This document shows, in pieces, positions 27,989-39,656 of a stretch of DNA of 64,000 bases. Both the position numbers and the translations under genes were made by a program. The DNA comes from an uncultured Gammaproteobacteria bacterium (GTDB lineage: Bacteria > Patescibacteriota > Patescibacteriia > UBA11705). How positions within the stretch are numbered: the stretch's first letter is position 1; each line of letters opens with the position of its first letter. The notes beneath the pieces are model-generated. The model saw nothing but the letters and a program-made list of their open reading frames with translations. It did no database searches and was not told where the DNA came from. The DNA is taken from contig CAYPSS010000002.1 of NCBI GenBank assembly GCA_964413735.1, forward strand, positions 80,261-144,260, written 5' to 3'.

Positions 27989-28399
27989 CTATGATTGTTT
28001 TTCAAATTCAATTTTTTCTTCATTAATCAACGCAATGTAACGATGCACTGTTAATTTAGGGAAACTACTCAAAATTTTCGCCGCCGCTGATTGTAAATCA
28101 CTTTGATATTTATTTTTTTCTTCTTCACCACCGCCCAAGATTTGATTACCACCATAAGCGCCACAATCCCAATGAGCGATTAAATACACCTCCGACATAC
28201 CATGAAGTTTTTGTGACAATTCCACTTGTTTGAGAGCGGTTGCTTGAGTTTCTTCATCTAAAAAGGTTTTTTGTGTTCCGGCGATGGAAAAAAGATCATA
28301 ATTATTTTCCAATCCCTGCTCCAATAAAAAATTCCTTACTGCGGTTTGAAAACGAAAATCCATACAACAAACCACCAAAGCCTGACAATTATGTGACAT
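27989..28399 (-). CDS. Mini beta-carbonic-anhydrase-like protein, paralog 2
   Basis: CMDFRFQ ... HWDCGAYGG. About 50% identical to 25412..25822 along the whole length. Confidence 0.5.
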   Translation of the reverse strand: MSHNCQALVVCCMDFRFQTAVRNFLLEQGLENNYDLFSIAGTQKTFLDEETQATALKQVELSQKLHGMSEVYLIAHWDCGAYGGNQILGGGEEEKNKYQSDLQSAAAKILSSFPKLTVHRYIALINEEKIEFEKQS

Positions 28400-28411
28400 A
28401 TTTTATAAAAA

Positions 28412-28864
28412 TTATTTTTGATGTTCTTCGCGCGACAATCCTTTTTGACCCAAACGCATTCGATGTTTACCAGCGACCCGAATACGCGCCAATTCCTTTT
28501 CAATCGCCGCTGATAAACCGGCAAACTCTTTGGCATCATAACGTTTGGTTTTCAAAGCTTCCTCCGCTCGTTGACGCGCCGCTTCCGCTTTGGCCAAATC
28601 CAATTCTTCCGCTCGTTCCGCCGTATCTGCCAAAACCACCACCTTATCAGCCAGAACTTCAATAAAACCGCCCGAAACCGCCAATAAGGTTTCCTCATTG
28701 TTTTTTTTCACTTTTATTTCTCCGGGTTGCAAAACCGCAATCAAAGGAATATGGTTGGGCAAAACAGTGATTTCTCCTTGCATAGTTGGCAAAGTGATTT
28801 GATCCACTTCATCCTTGTAAACCACGCGTTCCGGGGTAGCGATTTTGAAATTTATTTTCACCAT
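28412..28864 (-). CDS. atpC: F-type ATP synthase epsilon subunit
   Basis: N-terminal beta-sandwich MVKINFKIATPERVVYKDEVDQITLPT... followed by a C-terminal helical hairpin. Last gene of the atp operon. Confidence 0.85.
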   Translation of the reverse strand: MVKINFKIATPERVVYKDEVDQITLPTMQGEITVLPNHIPLIAVLQPGEIKVKKNNEETLLAVSGGFIEVLADKVVVLADTAERAEELDLAKAEAARQRAEEALKTKRYDAKEFAGLSAAIEKELARIRVAGKHRMRLGQKGLSREEHQK

Positions 28865-28870
28865 ATTGAA

Positions 28871-30265
<1,395 letters not shown>

Positions 30266-30273
30266 TTATTAAT

Positions 30274-31227
30274 TTATTTATTTTCCAAAGCCGCTTTACC
30301 GGAACTGATTTCCGCAATTTCCTGAGTAATGGACGCTTGACGCGCTTGATTATATACCAGCGTTAATCCATCAATCATATCTTTGGCGGCGTCACTAGCA
30401 TTACGCATACTGAGCATTCGTCCACTGTGTTCTGAGGCATCGGATTCCAACACCGCTTGATAAATTTGAACTTCAATTAAACGCGGTAACATGTTTTCCA
30501 AAACAATTGCCGGACTAGGTTCAAAAATATATTCAAAATTATAATTTTGTTTTTTCAAATATCGTTCTTTCTTTTCATTGATAAACTCCTTAGTGATTTC
30601 AATCCCCTTACTGGCGCCAACCGCTCCCAAATATTCATCGGGCGTCGGATCAACCGGTAACAATTGTTTTACTCTGGCCACTTGCTTAATCGGTGAAATA
30701 AAATCCGTATAAGCAATCATTACTTTATCATAATTTCCCTTAGCATATTCACTAACCACCATATGAGATAAAGAAGAAATTTCCGCCGCTGACATAGTCA
30801 CATCTTGTTTAATAAAATCCGCCATCACCTTTTGACCGCCGGCCATAATAATGTCACGGCCCTTGGATCCCAGGGTAATAATATCGGTTTGTGTCACTTG
30901 TTTTTCATGTTTTTTTATGGAACTAAGCGCTTTAGCCACCACATTTTGATTAAATGAACCGCATAAGCCACGATTAGAGCTGATAACAATCAAAGCTACC
31001 TTTTTAACGGTTCTTTTTTGCAACAAAGCATGCGCCGACTTATCCGTTTTTTCCGCCAAATGCAAAATCGTGGTCCACGCCAAATTAGCATAATCGCGCG
31101 TGGCTAGTACATTATTAACCGCCCGACGCATTTTGGCCGCTGATACCATTTCCATGGCTTTGGTAATTTTTCTGGTATTACCAACCGAACGAATTCGGCG
31201 TTTTAATTCTCTGGTTCCTTGAGACAT
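30274..31227 (-). CDS. atpG: F-type ATP synthase gamma subunit
   Basis: Position between atpA and atpD. Conserved N- and C-terminal helices (MSQGTRELKRRIRSV... and ...EIAEISSG). Confidence 0.85.
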   Translation of the reverse strand: MSQGTRELKRRIRSVGNTRKITKAMEMVSAAKMRRAVNNVLATRDYANLAWTTILHLAEKTDKSAHALLQKRTVKKVALIVISSNRGLCGSFNQNVVAKALSSIKKHEKQVTQTDIITLGSKGRDIIMAGGQKVMADFIKQDVTMSAAEISSLSHMVVSEYAKGNYDKVMIAYTDFISPIKQVARVKQLLPVDPTPDEYLGAVGASKGIEITKEFINEKKERYLKKQNYNFEYIFEPSPAIVLENMLPRLIEVQIYQAVLESDASEHSGRMLSMRNASDAAKDMIDGLTLVYNQARQASITQEIAEISSGKAALENK

Positions 31228-31232
31228 AATGA

Positions 31233-32783
31233 TTAAATCTTGGTTTCTTGTTTTGTTTCAATGAATTCTTCGCTTAAACCTTTAAATTCCACAATTACAT
31301 TTTTTAACATTTCCGTAATTTCATCGGTCAATTCTTTTTCTTTGTTTATTTTATCCAAAACATCCTTGCCATTGGTAGCAAAATATTTATGAAACGCTTT
31401 TTCGAATTCACCCACCTTAGCAACATCCACATCATCCAAATAACCGTTGATCACGGCAAACAAAATCGCCACTTGATTAGCCACCGGTACCGGTTCATAA
31501 ATCCCTTGTTTCAAAATTTCAGTAATACGAGCACCGCGTCTTAACTGTTGTTGGGTAGTTTCATCCAAATCCGAACCAAACTGAGCAAAAGCCGCCAATT
31601 CTCGATATTGGGCCAACTCCAAACGCAATTTTCCGGCTACTTTTTTCATCGCTTTAATCTGGGCGGCTGATCCCACACGTGAAACAGATAACCCCACATT
31701 AACCGCCGGACGAACACCTTGATAAAATAAATCGTTTTCCAAGTAAATTTGACCGTCAGTAATGGAAATAACATTAGTTGGAATATAAGCGGAAACATCG
31801 CCGGCTTGCGTTTCAATGATCGGTAATGCCGTTAATGAACCACCACCGTTATCCTCATTTAATTTACAAGCTCTTTCGAGTAAACGGGAATGAACATAGA
31901 AAATATCTCCCGGGTAAGCTTCACGACCCGGTGGTCGGCGCAAAAGCAAAGAAATTTCTCGATAAGCGACCGCATGTTTACTCAAATCATCATAAATCAC
32001 CAAAACATCTTTACCTTGATCCAAAAAATATTCGCCCATTGCACAACCGGCATAAGGCGCAATATAACTCAAAGCCGCCGGATCTGACGCACCAGCCAGC
32101 ACAATCGTGGTATATTCCATAGCCCCCATATCTTCCAATTTGGAAACAATTTTCGCGATTTTAGATTCTTTTTGTCCAATGGCTACATAAATACAAATCA
32201 TGTTCTGCCCTTTTTGATTAATGATCGTATCAATGGCAATAGCTGTTTTACCGGTTTGACGATCTCCGATAATCAACTCGCGTTGACCTCGTCCGATCGG
32301 AATCATGGAATCAATAGCTTTAATACCGGTTTGCACCGCTTGATGCACTGACTTTCTGGTAATAACACCGGGGGCGATTTTTTCCACCGGATAAAAATTC
32401 TTAGTTTTGATTTCTCCTTTACCATCCACCGGTTCACCGAGCGGATTTAAAACCCGTCCAATAATATTTTCACCCACCGGTACTTGTAAAATTTTTCCCG
32501 TTGATTTCACCACATCACCTTCTTTGATCTTACGGTAATCTCCGAAAAGCATGGCGCCGACACTATCTTCTTCCAAATTCAAAACCACACCAACCACCCC
32601 GCTACCAAAATCTAACATTTCCGAAGCTTTGGCTTCACTTAATCCGGACACCTTGGCAATACCGTCACCCACTTCCAAAACCCGACCGATATTTTCGACG
32701 GAAACCTGCTCGGTAAATCCTTCGATTTGACTTCGCAATGATTCAATAATGGAATTATTATTACTATTTTTTTCTTTTACCAT
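31233..32783 (-). CDS. atpA: F-type ATP synthase alpha subunit
   Basis: P-loop [18 protein letters not shown]. Length 516 aa. Confidence 0.95.
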   Translation of the reverse strand: MVKEKNSNNNSIIESLRSQIEGFTEQVSVENIGRVLEVGDGIAKVSGLSEAKASEMLDFGSGVVGVVLNLEEDSVGAMLFGDYRKIKEGDVVKSTGKILQVPVGENIIGRVLNPLGEPVDGKGEIKTKNFYPVEKIAPGVITRKSVHQAVQTGIKAIDSMIPIGRGQRELIIGDRQTGKTAIAIDTIINQKGQNMICIYVAIGQKESKIAKIVSKLEDMGAMEYTTIVLAGASDPAALSYIAPYAGCAMGEYFLDQGKDVLVIYDDLSKHAVAYREISLLLRRPPGREAYPGDIFYVHSRLLERACKLNEDNGGGSLTALPIIETQAGDVSAYIPTNVISITDGQIYLENDLFYQGVRPAVNVGLSVSRVGSAAQIKAMKKVAGKLRLELAQYRELAAFAQFGSDLDETTQQQLRRGARITEILKQGIYEPVPVANQVAILFAVINGYLDDVDVAKVGEFEKAFHKYFATNGKDVLDKINKEKELTDEITEMLKNVIVEFKGLSEEFIETKQETKI

Positions 32784-32806
32784 ACTAAATTGAATTTATC
32801 TTATTA

Positions 32807-33346
32807 TTATATGATTGAATTTATTTTCTTTTTCAAATTACGAATTTTACCCCGAATACTACCATCAAAAACCTGATCACCAACCGTCACCACCATGCCT
32901 CCGATAATATCCTTGTTAATTAAATTTTTCATTAATATTTTCACTTCCAACTTCGCCGTCATTAAATCAATCAATTTCTTTTCTTGCTCAGCTGATAAAG
33001 GAATAACGGTTTCCACGAAAATTTCCTTGATATCTTCTTGGTGTAAATAATTTTTTTGCGCTAACGTAATAATTTGAGTCAAATACTCCAGTTTTTTTTC
33101 TTTTACCAAAAGTAAAATAAAATTAATGGTTCGAGCACTGACAAAATCCTGAAAAACCAACCCCAAAGCTTTTTTCTTCAAATCCAAAGAAACATGGGAA
33201 TCAAGTAAATATTTTTTTAAATCCGGATTGTCGTTGATTTTTTCTGAAACATTGTGCAAGTCAGCCAAAAGTTGATCGAAAATTCCTTGTTCGCGACCGA
33301 TTTTGGTTAACGCCAAAGCATAATGTTTCAAATTAACGATTTTCAT
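32807..33346 (-). CDS. atpH: F-type ATP synthase delta (OSCP) subunit
   Basis: Position and size (179 aa). Helical N-terminal domain. Confidence 0.7.
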   Translation of the reverse strand: MKIVNLKHYALALTKIGREQGIFDQLLADLHNVSEKINDNPDLKKYLLDSHVSLDLKKKALGLVFQDFVSARTINFILLLVKEKKLEYLTQIITLAQKNYLHQEDIKEIFVETVIPLSAEQEKKLIDLMTAKLEVKILMKNLINKDIIGGMVVTVGDQVFDGSIRGKIRNLKKKINSII

Positions 33347-33348
33347 AA

Positions 33349-33852
33349 TTATGATTTTTTCAATTCTTCAATCACATCATCAATTAATTGACGATGTTTT
33401 TTCTCATCAATCGTTTGGTTGGCAATTTTCCCGGAAGCCAAAAGCACCAAATCAGCCAATTCACCCTTAACTTCATGCATCATTTTTTGACGTTCATTGT
33501 GAATTTCCACCTTTGCTTCCGTAACGATTTTCTCAGTTTCTTTTTTAGTTTTCTCGATTTTTTGCCGACGAATTTCTTCCACTTCTTTTTCCGCTTCCAA
33601 AATTATTCGCTGTCCTTCTTTACGGCCTTTTTTAATTTCTTTTTGCTTTTCCACTTCCGCTTTTTTCAAATTTTCTTCAATAATTTCCGCGTTTTTCAGC
33701 CCTTCATCAATTCTTTGCGAACGGTCATGCATTAATTTCATTAATGGACGAATCCCATAATAATACAAAACCGCCAGCACAATTAAAAAGTTAACTCCCT
33801 GAGCAATCAATAATTTCCAATCTATGTAAAATGTTTCAATCAATTTTTCCAT
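33349..33852 (-). CDS. atpF: F-type ATP synthase subunit b
   Basis: A single N-terminal TM helix followed by a long charged helix (EKQKEIKKGRKEGQR...). Position in the operon. Confidence 0.75.
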   Translation of the reverse strand: MEKLIETFYIDWKLLIAQGVNFLIVLAVLYYYGIRPLMKLMHDRSQRIDEGLKNAEIIEENLKKAEVEKQKEIKKGRKEGQRIILEAEKEVEEIRRQKIEKTKKETEKIVTEAKVEIHNERQKMMHEVKGELADLVLLASGKIANQTIDEKKHRQLIDDVIEELKKS

Positions 33853-33911
33853 ATAAATTTATAATAATTTAATCTGGCTCTCTGAATTGTTTCAGAGAGC
33901 GAATCAAACTA

Positions 33912-34130
<219 letters not shown>

Positions 34131-34269
34131 TTATCACGAATGATTTTTATCATCCATGAACAATTATTTGTCAATGACAATCGACTGTTAAAATTTGGTT
34201 TATTTAAAGTCGGTTTGACAATTAATTAATTAGCGAAAACAAACTTAGAAATTTACTTTCGTCAAACAA

Positions 34270-35124
34270 TTAATGTTCCTCTTCCGTCGCGGCAATGGTG
34301 TAATAAACCAAAGTTAAAATAGCAAAAATGAGTGCCTGTACCACCCCGACAATCACTTCCAAGAATATGAAAGGTATCGGTAAACCAAAAGCAAAAATCA
34401 CCGCAATCGATGACAACAAAACTTCCCCGGCAAAAATATTACCGAATAAACGAAAAGACAATGAAGCCACTTTGGCGATTTCTCCCACAATTTCAATCAA
34501 ACCAACAAAAAACTTGATTGGATTAACAATCACAATACTGAAATCCTTGCGAATTTTTCGTGGAATATCCAAAAATGATTTTACATTGAAAAATTTATTG
34601 GCATGACGCAAAAACCCAACGGTCACCATTCCGAAAATGTTGGCCCCCACCACACTAATCAGGGCTAATGCTAAAGTCGTATTTAAATCCGCTGTCCCAC
34701 CACGAAAAAACGGAATGAATTTACCATGTTCAATAAATCCAATTGACCCGATTCCCGGCAAAAGTCCCATCCAGTTGTTCAATAAAACAAAAATAAAAAA
34801 AGTGAACACTATAGGGAACACTTTTTCCGATTTTTTGCGATCTTGAGTAACTGAGTCGCACATTTTCAAAGCGCCTTCAATCACCATTTCAAAAACATTT
34901 TGAATCCCGCGCGGAATTAAACGCAATTTAGCTCTCAAAGTTAATGAAAAAGCAATAACAATTATGACCACGAGCCAAGTATTCAAAACCGAGTTGGTAA
35001 TATTAAATTCACCCACATGCAAAACCGGTTCTGCCGCCAAAGATATTTCATGACTGACATGTTCGGTTTCCGCATGTACCTGATTATTATTCCCATCATG
35101 ATTTTCATTATATGTTTGTGCCAT
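34270..35124 (-). CDS. atpB: F-type ATP synthase subunit a
   Basis: Polytopic membrane protein with the conserved Arg-containing helix (...SLSFRLFGNIFAGEVLL...). Confidence 0.85.
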   Translation of the reverse strand: MAQTYNENHDGNNNQVHAETEHVSHEISLAAEPVLHVGEFNITNSVLNTWLVVIIVIAFSLTLRAKLRLIPRGIQNVFEMVIEGALKMCDSVTQDRKKSEKVFPIVFTFFIFVLLNNWMGLLPGIGSIGFIEHGKFIPFFRGGTADLNTTLALALISVVGANIFGMVTVGFLRHANKFFNVKSFLDIPRKIRKDFSIVIVNPIKFFVGLIEIVGEIAKVASLSFRLFGNIFAGEVLLSSIAVIFAFGLPIPFIFLEVIVGVVQALIFAILTLVYYTIAATEEEH

Positions 35125-35126
35125 AA

Positions 35127-35405
35127 TTATTTTTGTTTTTCCGTTTCCCCATCTTTTTGCTCTTGTTTGGTAATTTCATCGATTGATATTCGTGATTGTT
35201 TGACTATTCCAATATTAGTAATCACAAAAGCGCAAAAAACAGTAATTAAAAACAACCACGGTGAAGTATCAAAACGCTTATCCAGCCATCTACCGACAAA
35301 TACCGCCAAAATAATCGGCCCCACAATCCACGCTGACATTTGCGCAAACAATTTCAGGGCCGGAGCCCACCAACTATACTTTTGGTTGTCATTTTTCCGG
35401 ATCAT
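35127..35405 (-). CDS. AtpZ/AtpI-like small membrane protein preceding atpB
   Basis: AtpZ-like motif W..G..LGL.LDK.F.T.PW. in MSAWIVGPIILAVFVGRWLDKRFDTSPWLFL. First gene of the operon. Confidence 0.6.
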   Translation of the reverse strand: MIRKNDNQKYSWWAPALKLFAQMSAWIVGPIILAVFVGRWLDKRFDTSPWLFLITVFCAFVITNIGIVKQSRISIDEITKQEQKDGETEKQK

Positions 35406-35499
35406 TTTTGCTTAATTTAAGTAAAAAGAAAATATAACTCCGCCTCTATTCTATAATATATATAAAATCATGTCAATATTTTTTTTGTTAATAAATCCA

Positions 35500-36342
35500 T
35501 CAAACCGCCAAATTAAATAAAACTTTTGCATTGGTTGTGGTTAAATCAGCGGCTTGCTGATAACCAATTTGCCGAATTTCTGCGATTTTTTTCACTACAA
35601 ATTCCACATTAGAAGGTTCATTTCTCTGGCCACGATAAGGCTCAGGTGTTAAATACGGACAATCGGTTTCCGCCAAAATTCTTTCCGCCGGCATTTGCGT
35701 TAAAACGGATAAAGATTTACCGGTTTTATCAAAAGTGATAATCCCATTAAATCCTAAATAAAAACCCAACTCCAAAAACGGTTTGGCCATTTGATAATCA
35801 CCACCAAAGGAATGCAACACGCCTCGATTTTTCGGCAAATCTTTTTTCAATTCACTTAACAAATCATGATAAGCATCAAGCGGACTTTCTTTGGTACCAC
35901 GACAATGCAATATTAACGGCAAATTATTTTCATTGGCAATTCTAATATGTTGGTGCAAAACCTCCATTTGTTTTTGTTTAACCGCCCAAATATCGGAATC
36001 CGCCTCAATATGATAATAATCAAGTCCACACTCACCAATTGCCACGACTTGTTCTTTTTGCGCTAACAAAGAATATGCGGCGGGATCAAAATCTTCAGCG
36101 CGAGAGCGGAAACGACTTCCCTCTTCCACAATTTCTCTGGATTCCAATTGAATGGGGTGCAAACCAACGGCCGCAAAAGTTTTTAAATTCGCCTGTGCCA
36201 AATCCACCGCTCGCTGACTGGTGGATATTTGCGAGCCAACATTGATCATCACAATGTTTTTTTCTTGCGCTCGTTTAATTACTTCCTGATAATCCTGTAA
36301 GAAATCCTTAAAATTAACATGAGCATGAGTATCAATCAACAT
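35500..36342 (-). CDS. tatD: TatD-family metal-dependent hydrolase/DNase
   Basis: MLIDTHAHVNF... HxH start, conserved His/Glu/Asp pattern. Length 280 aa. Confidence 0.8.
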   Translation of the reverse strand: MLIDTHAHVNFKDFLQDYQEVIKRAQEKNIVMINVGSQISTSQRAVDLAQANLKTFAAVGLHPIQLESREIVEEGSRFRSRAEDFDPAAYSLLAQKEQVVAIGECGLDYYHIEADSDIWAVKQKQMEVLHQHIRIANENNLPLILHCRGTKESPLDAYHDLLSELKKDLPKNRGVLHSFGGDYQMAKPFLELGFYLGFNGIITFDKTGKSLSVLTQMPAERILAETDCPYLTPEPYRGQRNEPSNVEFVVKKIAEIRQIGYQQAADLTTTNAKVLFNLAV

Positions 36343-36343
36343 A

Positions 36344-36841
36344 TTATAAAAAACTTTTAATTTTATTAATGGTTTCCGGCATTAACGGCACAAAAATATA
36401 TGAAATTTTAATTAATACCAATGTAACTATTGATTCACGCATTGAACCAAGCAACCAAGCATTAAACGGGTACTTGCTTAAAAATAAAACTAAAATTGAC
36501 AAAATCAGAATCCCGCCACTCATCCCCAAAATCGCGCCGAGCAATCGATCAAATGTTTGCAAAAACGGTACAATGGAAATCAATTTGAATAATTTACCAA
36601 AAATCCAAAACATCAATCCAACCAACTTTAACACCAAAGAAAAAATTATTAAAAAAGCCAAAAAACTTGATAAATTTGTATCGCCTAATCTTTCACCTAA
36701 AATCAAATAAAAACGCCCGGCTAAAACCGTGGCAATAACAATTCCAAACAACGCTCCAAGTGCCTGCAAAAAACCCTTTCTCAAACCCCAAAAAGTAAAG
36801 AAAATAATCAGCCCCAGTAAAATATAATCGAGCAAATTCAT
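36344..36841 (-). CDS. CvpA-family membrane protein
   Basis: MNLLDYILLGLIIFFTFWGLRKGFLQALGALFGIVIATVLAG is the typical CvpA N terminus. Four predicted TM helices. Confidence 0.6.
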   Translation of the reverse strand: MNLLDYILLGLIIFFTFWGLRKGFLQALGALFGIVIATVLAGRFYLILGERLGDTNLSSFLAFLIIFSLVLKLVGLMFWIFGKLFKLISIVPFLQTFDRLLGAILGMSGGILILSILVLFLSKYPFNAWLLGSMRESIVTLVLIKISYIFVPLMPETINKIKSFL

Positions 36842-36868
36842 ATTTGTTTTTTATTTTATATTACAAAT

Positions 36869-38368
36869 TTATTTTCTTTGAAACAAAGCTTCCCCTTTAT
36901 TCAATAATTGTCCTTTTTCAATTGGAGTACTTAAAACTTTATTTAAATCAATTTTGTTTAACGAAACTTTGAGATTGAACTTATCCCAAATCTTCTCGGC
37001 GGTTTCCGGTAAAAACGGCACCAAGGAAAAGGAAAGTTGTCGAATTATTTCCAATAAGTTGTAAATCACTATTGGTAATTTTTTATCATTATTTTTCGCC
37101 AATTCCCAAGGCTTTTGCGCATCAATATAACCATCACACCATTTAATCAAGTTTTGAATTAAAGTTAAATTTTCAAAAATTTTAATTTCCTGAAAGTTCT
37201 GCCGATAAATAACCCAAAAATTATTCAAATCAAATTCCGCATTATATTTGGCATCCGGCGCTAAATTATTAAAATATTTTTCATTCATTCCCAATACCCG
37301 ACTCACTAAATTACCAATGCCATTAGCTAAATCCGCATTATACTTGGTAAGCAAATCTTGTTTTTTGATATCACCATCATGACCAAACGGAAATTGTGAA
37401 ATAATCAAATAGCGGGCACCATCCACTCCATATTCAGTCACCAAATCATTGGGGTCAATCACATTGCCAAGACTTTTGCTCATTTTCTCACCATCAATCG
37501 TGAAAAATCCATGTACAAACAACTGTTCCGGCAACGGTAAATTAAGCGCCAAAAGCATGGCCGGCCAAATTGTGGCATGCACACGCAAAATATCTTTACT
37601 CATGAGCTGAATGTTTACCGGCCAAAAATCATTCGGCGATTTTTCCCCGTCCCAACTCAAAACACTCAAATAATTCAAGAAAGCATCGCTCCAAACATAA
37701 GCGGTATGTTCCTTATCCCAAGGCAAAGGAATGCCCCATTTAACATTTTTTCGAGAAAAAGAAATATCATTCAAACCTTCTTGTTTATAAAACTGCACAA
37801 TTTCGTTTTTTCTTTCAAGCGGACAAATTTTCATCTTATCAGCTGCAATCAGCGATAATAATTGATCTTGATATTTACTCATTTTGAACATGTATGATTC
37901 TTCACTGATTTTTTCCGGTGCTTTTTTATGATCCGGGCACAAACCATCCACCAAATCTTTTTCATTTTTGAACTGTTCGCAACCGCGACAATACAAACCC
38001 TCATATTTTCCCAAATAAATATCGCCCTGATCATATAGTTTTTGCAAAGCATTTTGCACTGCTATTATATGATAATCATCAGTAGTGCGCACAAAAGCAT
38101 CATGAGAAATATTAAGATTTTCCCAAGTTGTTTGAAATTTTCCCGCCACTTCATCAACAAAAATTTGCGGTTCTTGACCGGTTTCATTGGCCTTTTCCTC
38201 AATTTTCGCCCCATGTTCATCGGTCCCGGTGCTAAAAAATGTTTTATCACCAATCAAACGATGATAACGCGCCAAAACATCGGCCGCGATTGTCGTATAA
38301 GCATGTCCCAGATGCGGAACAGAATTTACATAATAAATCGGGGTGGTAATATAAAATTTATTTTTCAT
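36869..38368 (-). CDS. metG: Methionyl-tRNA synthetase
   Basis: TTPIYYVNSVPHLGHAYTTIAADVLARY (HIGH-type), KMSKSLGN, and the Cys knuckles of the CP domain (CRGCEQF...CPDH). Confidence 0.9.
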   Translation of the reverse strand: MKNKFYITTPIYYVNSVPHLGHAYTTIAADVLARYHRLIGDKTFFSTGTDEHGAKIEEKANETGQEPQIFVDEVAGKFQTTWENLNISHDAFVRTTDDYHIIAVQNALQKLYDQGDIYLGKYEGLYCRGCEQFKNEKDLVDGLCPDHKKAPEKISEESYMFKMSKYQDQLLSLIAADKMKICPLERKNEIVQFYKQEGLNDISFSRKNVKWGIPLPWDKEHTAYVWSDAFLNYLSVLSWDGEKSPNDFWPVNIQLMSKDILRVHATIWPAMLLALNLPLPEQLFVHGFFTIDGEKMSKSLGNVIDPNDLVTEYGVDGARYLIISQFPFGHDGDIKKQDLLTKYNADLANGIGNLVSRVLGMNEKYFNNLAPDAKYNAEFDLNNFWVIYRQNFQEIKIFENLTLIQNLIKWCDGYIDAQKPWELAKNNDKKLPIVIYNLLEIIRQLSFSLVPFLPETAEKIWDKFNLKVSLNKIDLNKVLSTPIEKGQLLNKGEALFQRK

Positions 38369-38383
38369 ATTTCAAACAAGACT

Positions 38384-38851
38384 TTATTTCAAATTATTTT
38401 TTAATCTGTATTTTTCAAATCCTTTTCTAATCATCCGTTTCGCTTGAGGCCAGAGAAATTCATAATTATCCAATTCATATTCTTCAATCCATTTATAATT
38501 TTGATGTTCATCGCTTATTTTTATTTCTTGTCCCGGTGCCTCAATCAAATGAGCAATGGCACAAACCGGCATTTTTCTTTTTTGAGTGTACCAAATATCA
38601 TAATCTACCAAATCAATAACAGTAATACTTTCCAAACCGGTTTCCTCGAAAATTTCTCGCTTAAAAGCTAATAAATAATCTTCGTTTTTCTCAATTCTTC
38701 CACCTGGGATATCCCAAAAACCAGGATAATCTTTAAGTTCTAAAATTAAACATTTATCCCTATAAATAAAAATGCCAGCTAAAGTAACCCAGTATCGTTC
38801 CATGTTTTTTTCTTTTTCATTGGCAATTTTCAAGTATTCTTGATCATTCAT
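38384..38851 (-). CDS. NUDIX hydrolase
   Basis: GGRIEKNEDYLLAFKREIFEETGL is a Nudix box. Length 155 aa. Confidence 0.75.
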   Translation of the reverse strand: MNDQEYLKIANEKEKNMERYWVTLAGIFIYRDKCLILELKDYPGFWDIPGGRIEKNEDYLLAFKREIFEETGLESITVIDLVDYDIWYTQKRKMPVCAIAHLIEAPGQEIKISDEHQNYKWIEEYELDNYEFLWPQAKRMIRKGFEKYRLKNNLK

Positions 38852-38853
38852 AT

Positions 38854-39525
38854 TTATTTTCCGGAAATAATAATTACAAACTCACCTTTGGACATTTTTT
38901 TCACTTCCTCCAAAACCTCAGTGGCCGTGCCACGATAAATGGTTTCAAATTGTTTGGTTAATTCACGCGCCACGACAATTTGGCGATTTTTAATAACCGA
39001 AATTAATTCTTCCAAAGTTCGTAATATTCGATGTGTTGATTCATAGAAACCAACCGTAATTTTTGAATCTTCAATTTGTTGATAAAATTTTGTTCTTCCT
39101 TTATGCGGAATAAATCCTAAAAATAAAAATTTGTCCGTAGGAAAACCACTAACACTAAGCGCGGTAATAATGGCTGATGGCCCAGGAATGGGAATCACTT
39201 CAAAACCGTTTTTAATCACAGCTTCAACCAAAACCCCACCCGGATCAGAAATCCCCGGAGTTCCGGCATCTGAAACATAAGCCACATCTTCACCTTTTTC
39301 CAAATAATCAAAAACACGCTTAAAAACTTTTTCTCCACTATGTTGATGCAAAGCATATGCTGGTTTTTCAATTTGAAACTGTCCGGCTAATTTAGAAAAT
39401 TGTCGAGTATCTTCACAAAAAATTACGCTTACCTGTTTCAAAGTTTCTATGGCTCTCAAAGTCATATCCCCCAAATTACCTATGGGAGTAGCCACTATAT
39501 ATAATTTTCCTTTTTCATTTAACAT
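38854..39525 (-). CDS. rsmI: 16S rRNA (cytidine1402-2'-O)-methyltransferase RsmI
   Basis: LYIVATPIGNLGDMTLRAIETLKQVSVIFCEDTR is the RsmI/tetrapyrrole-methylase-fold N terminus. Length 223 aa. Confidence 0.8.
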   Translation of the reverse strand: MLNEKGKLYIVATPIGNLGDMTLRAIETLKQVSVIFCEDTRQFSKLAGQFQIEKPAYALHQHSGEKVFKRVFDYLEKGEDVAYVSDAGTPGISDPGGVLVEAVIKNGFEVIPIPGPSAIITALSVSGFPTDKFLFLGFIPHKGRTKFYQQIEDSKITVGFYESTHRILRTLEELISVIKNRQIVVARELTKQFETIYRGTATEVLEEVKKMSKGEFVIIISGK

Positions 39526-39621
39526 ATGAACATATTATAATTGTTTTTTTGAAATTTAGCAATAAAACATCATAATATCCAGCTTATTTTAGATAAAAAT
39601 TTACACAAAAAAACATTAACA

Positions 39622-39650
39622 TTGACAAATACAGCTAAGTATGTTATAAT
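39622..39650 (+). promoter_or_regulatory. Consensus sigma70 promoter driving the ncRNA below
   Basis: TTGACA (39622-39627), a 17-nt spacer, then TATAAT (39645-39650): perfect hexamers at optimal spacing. Confidence 0.7.
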
Positions 39651-39656
39651 TATAAG

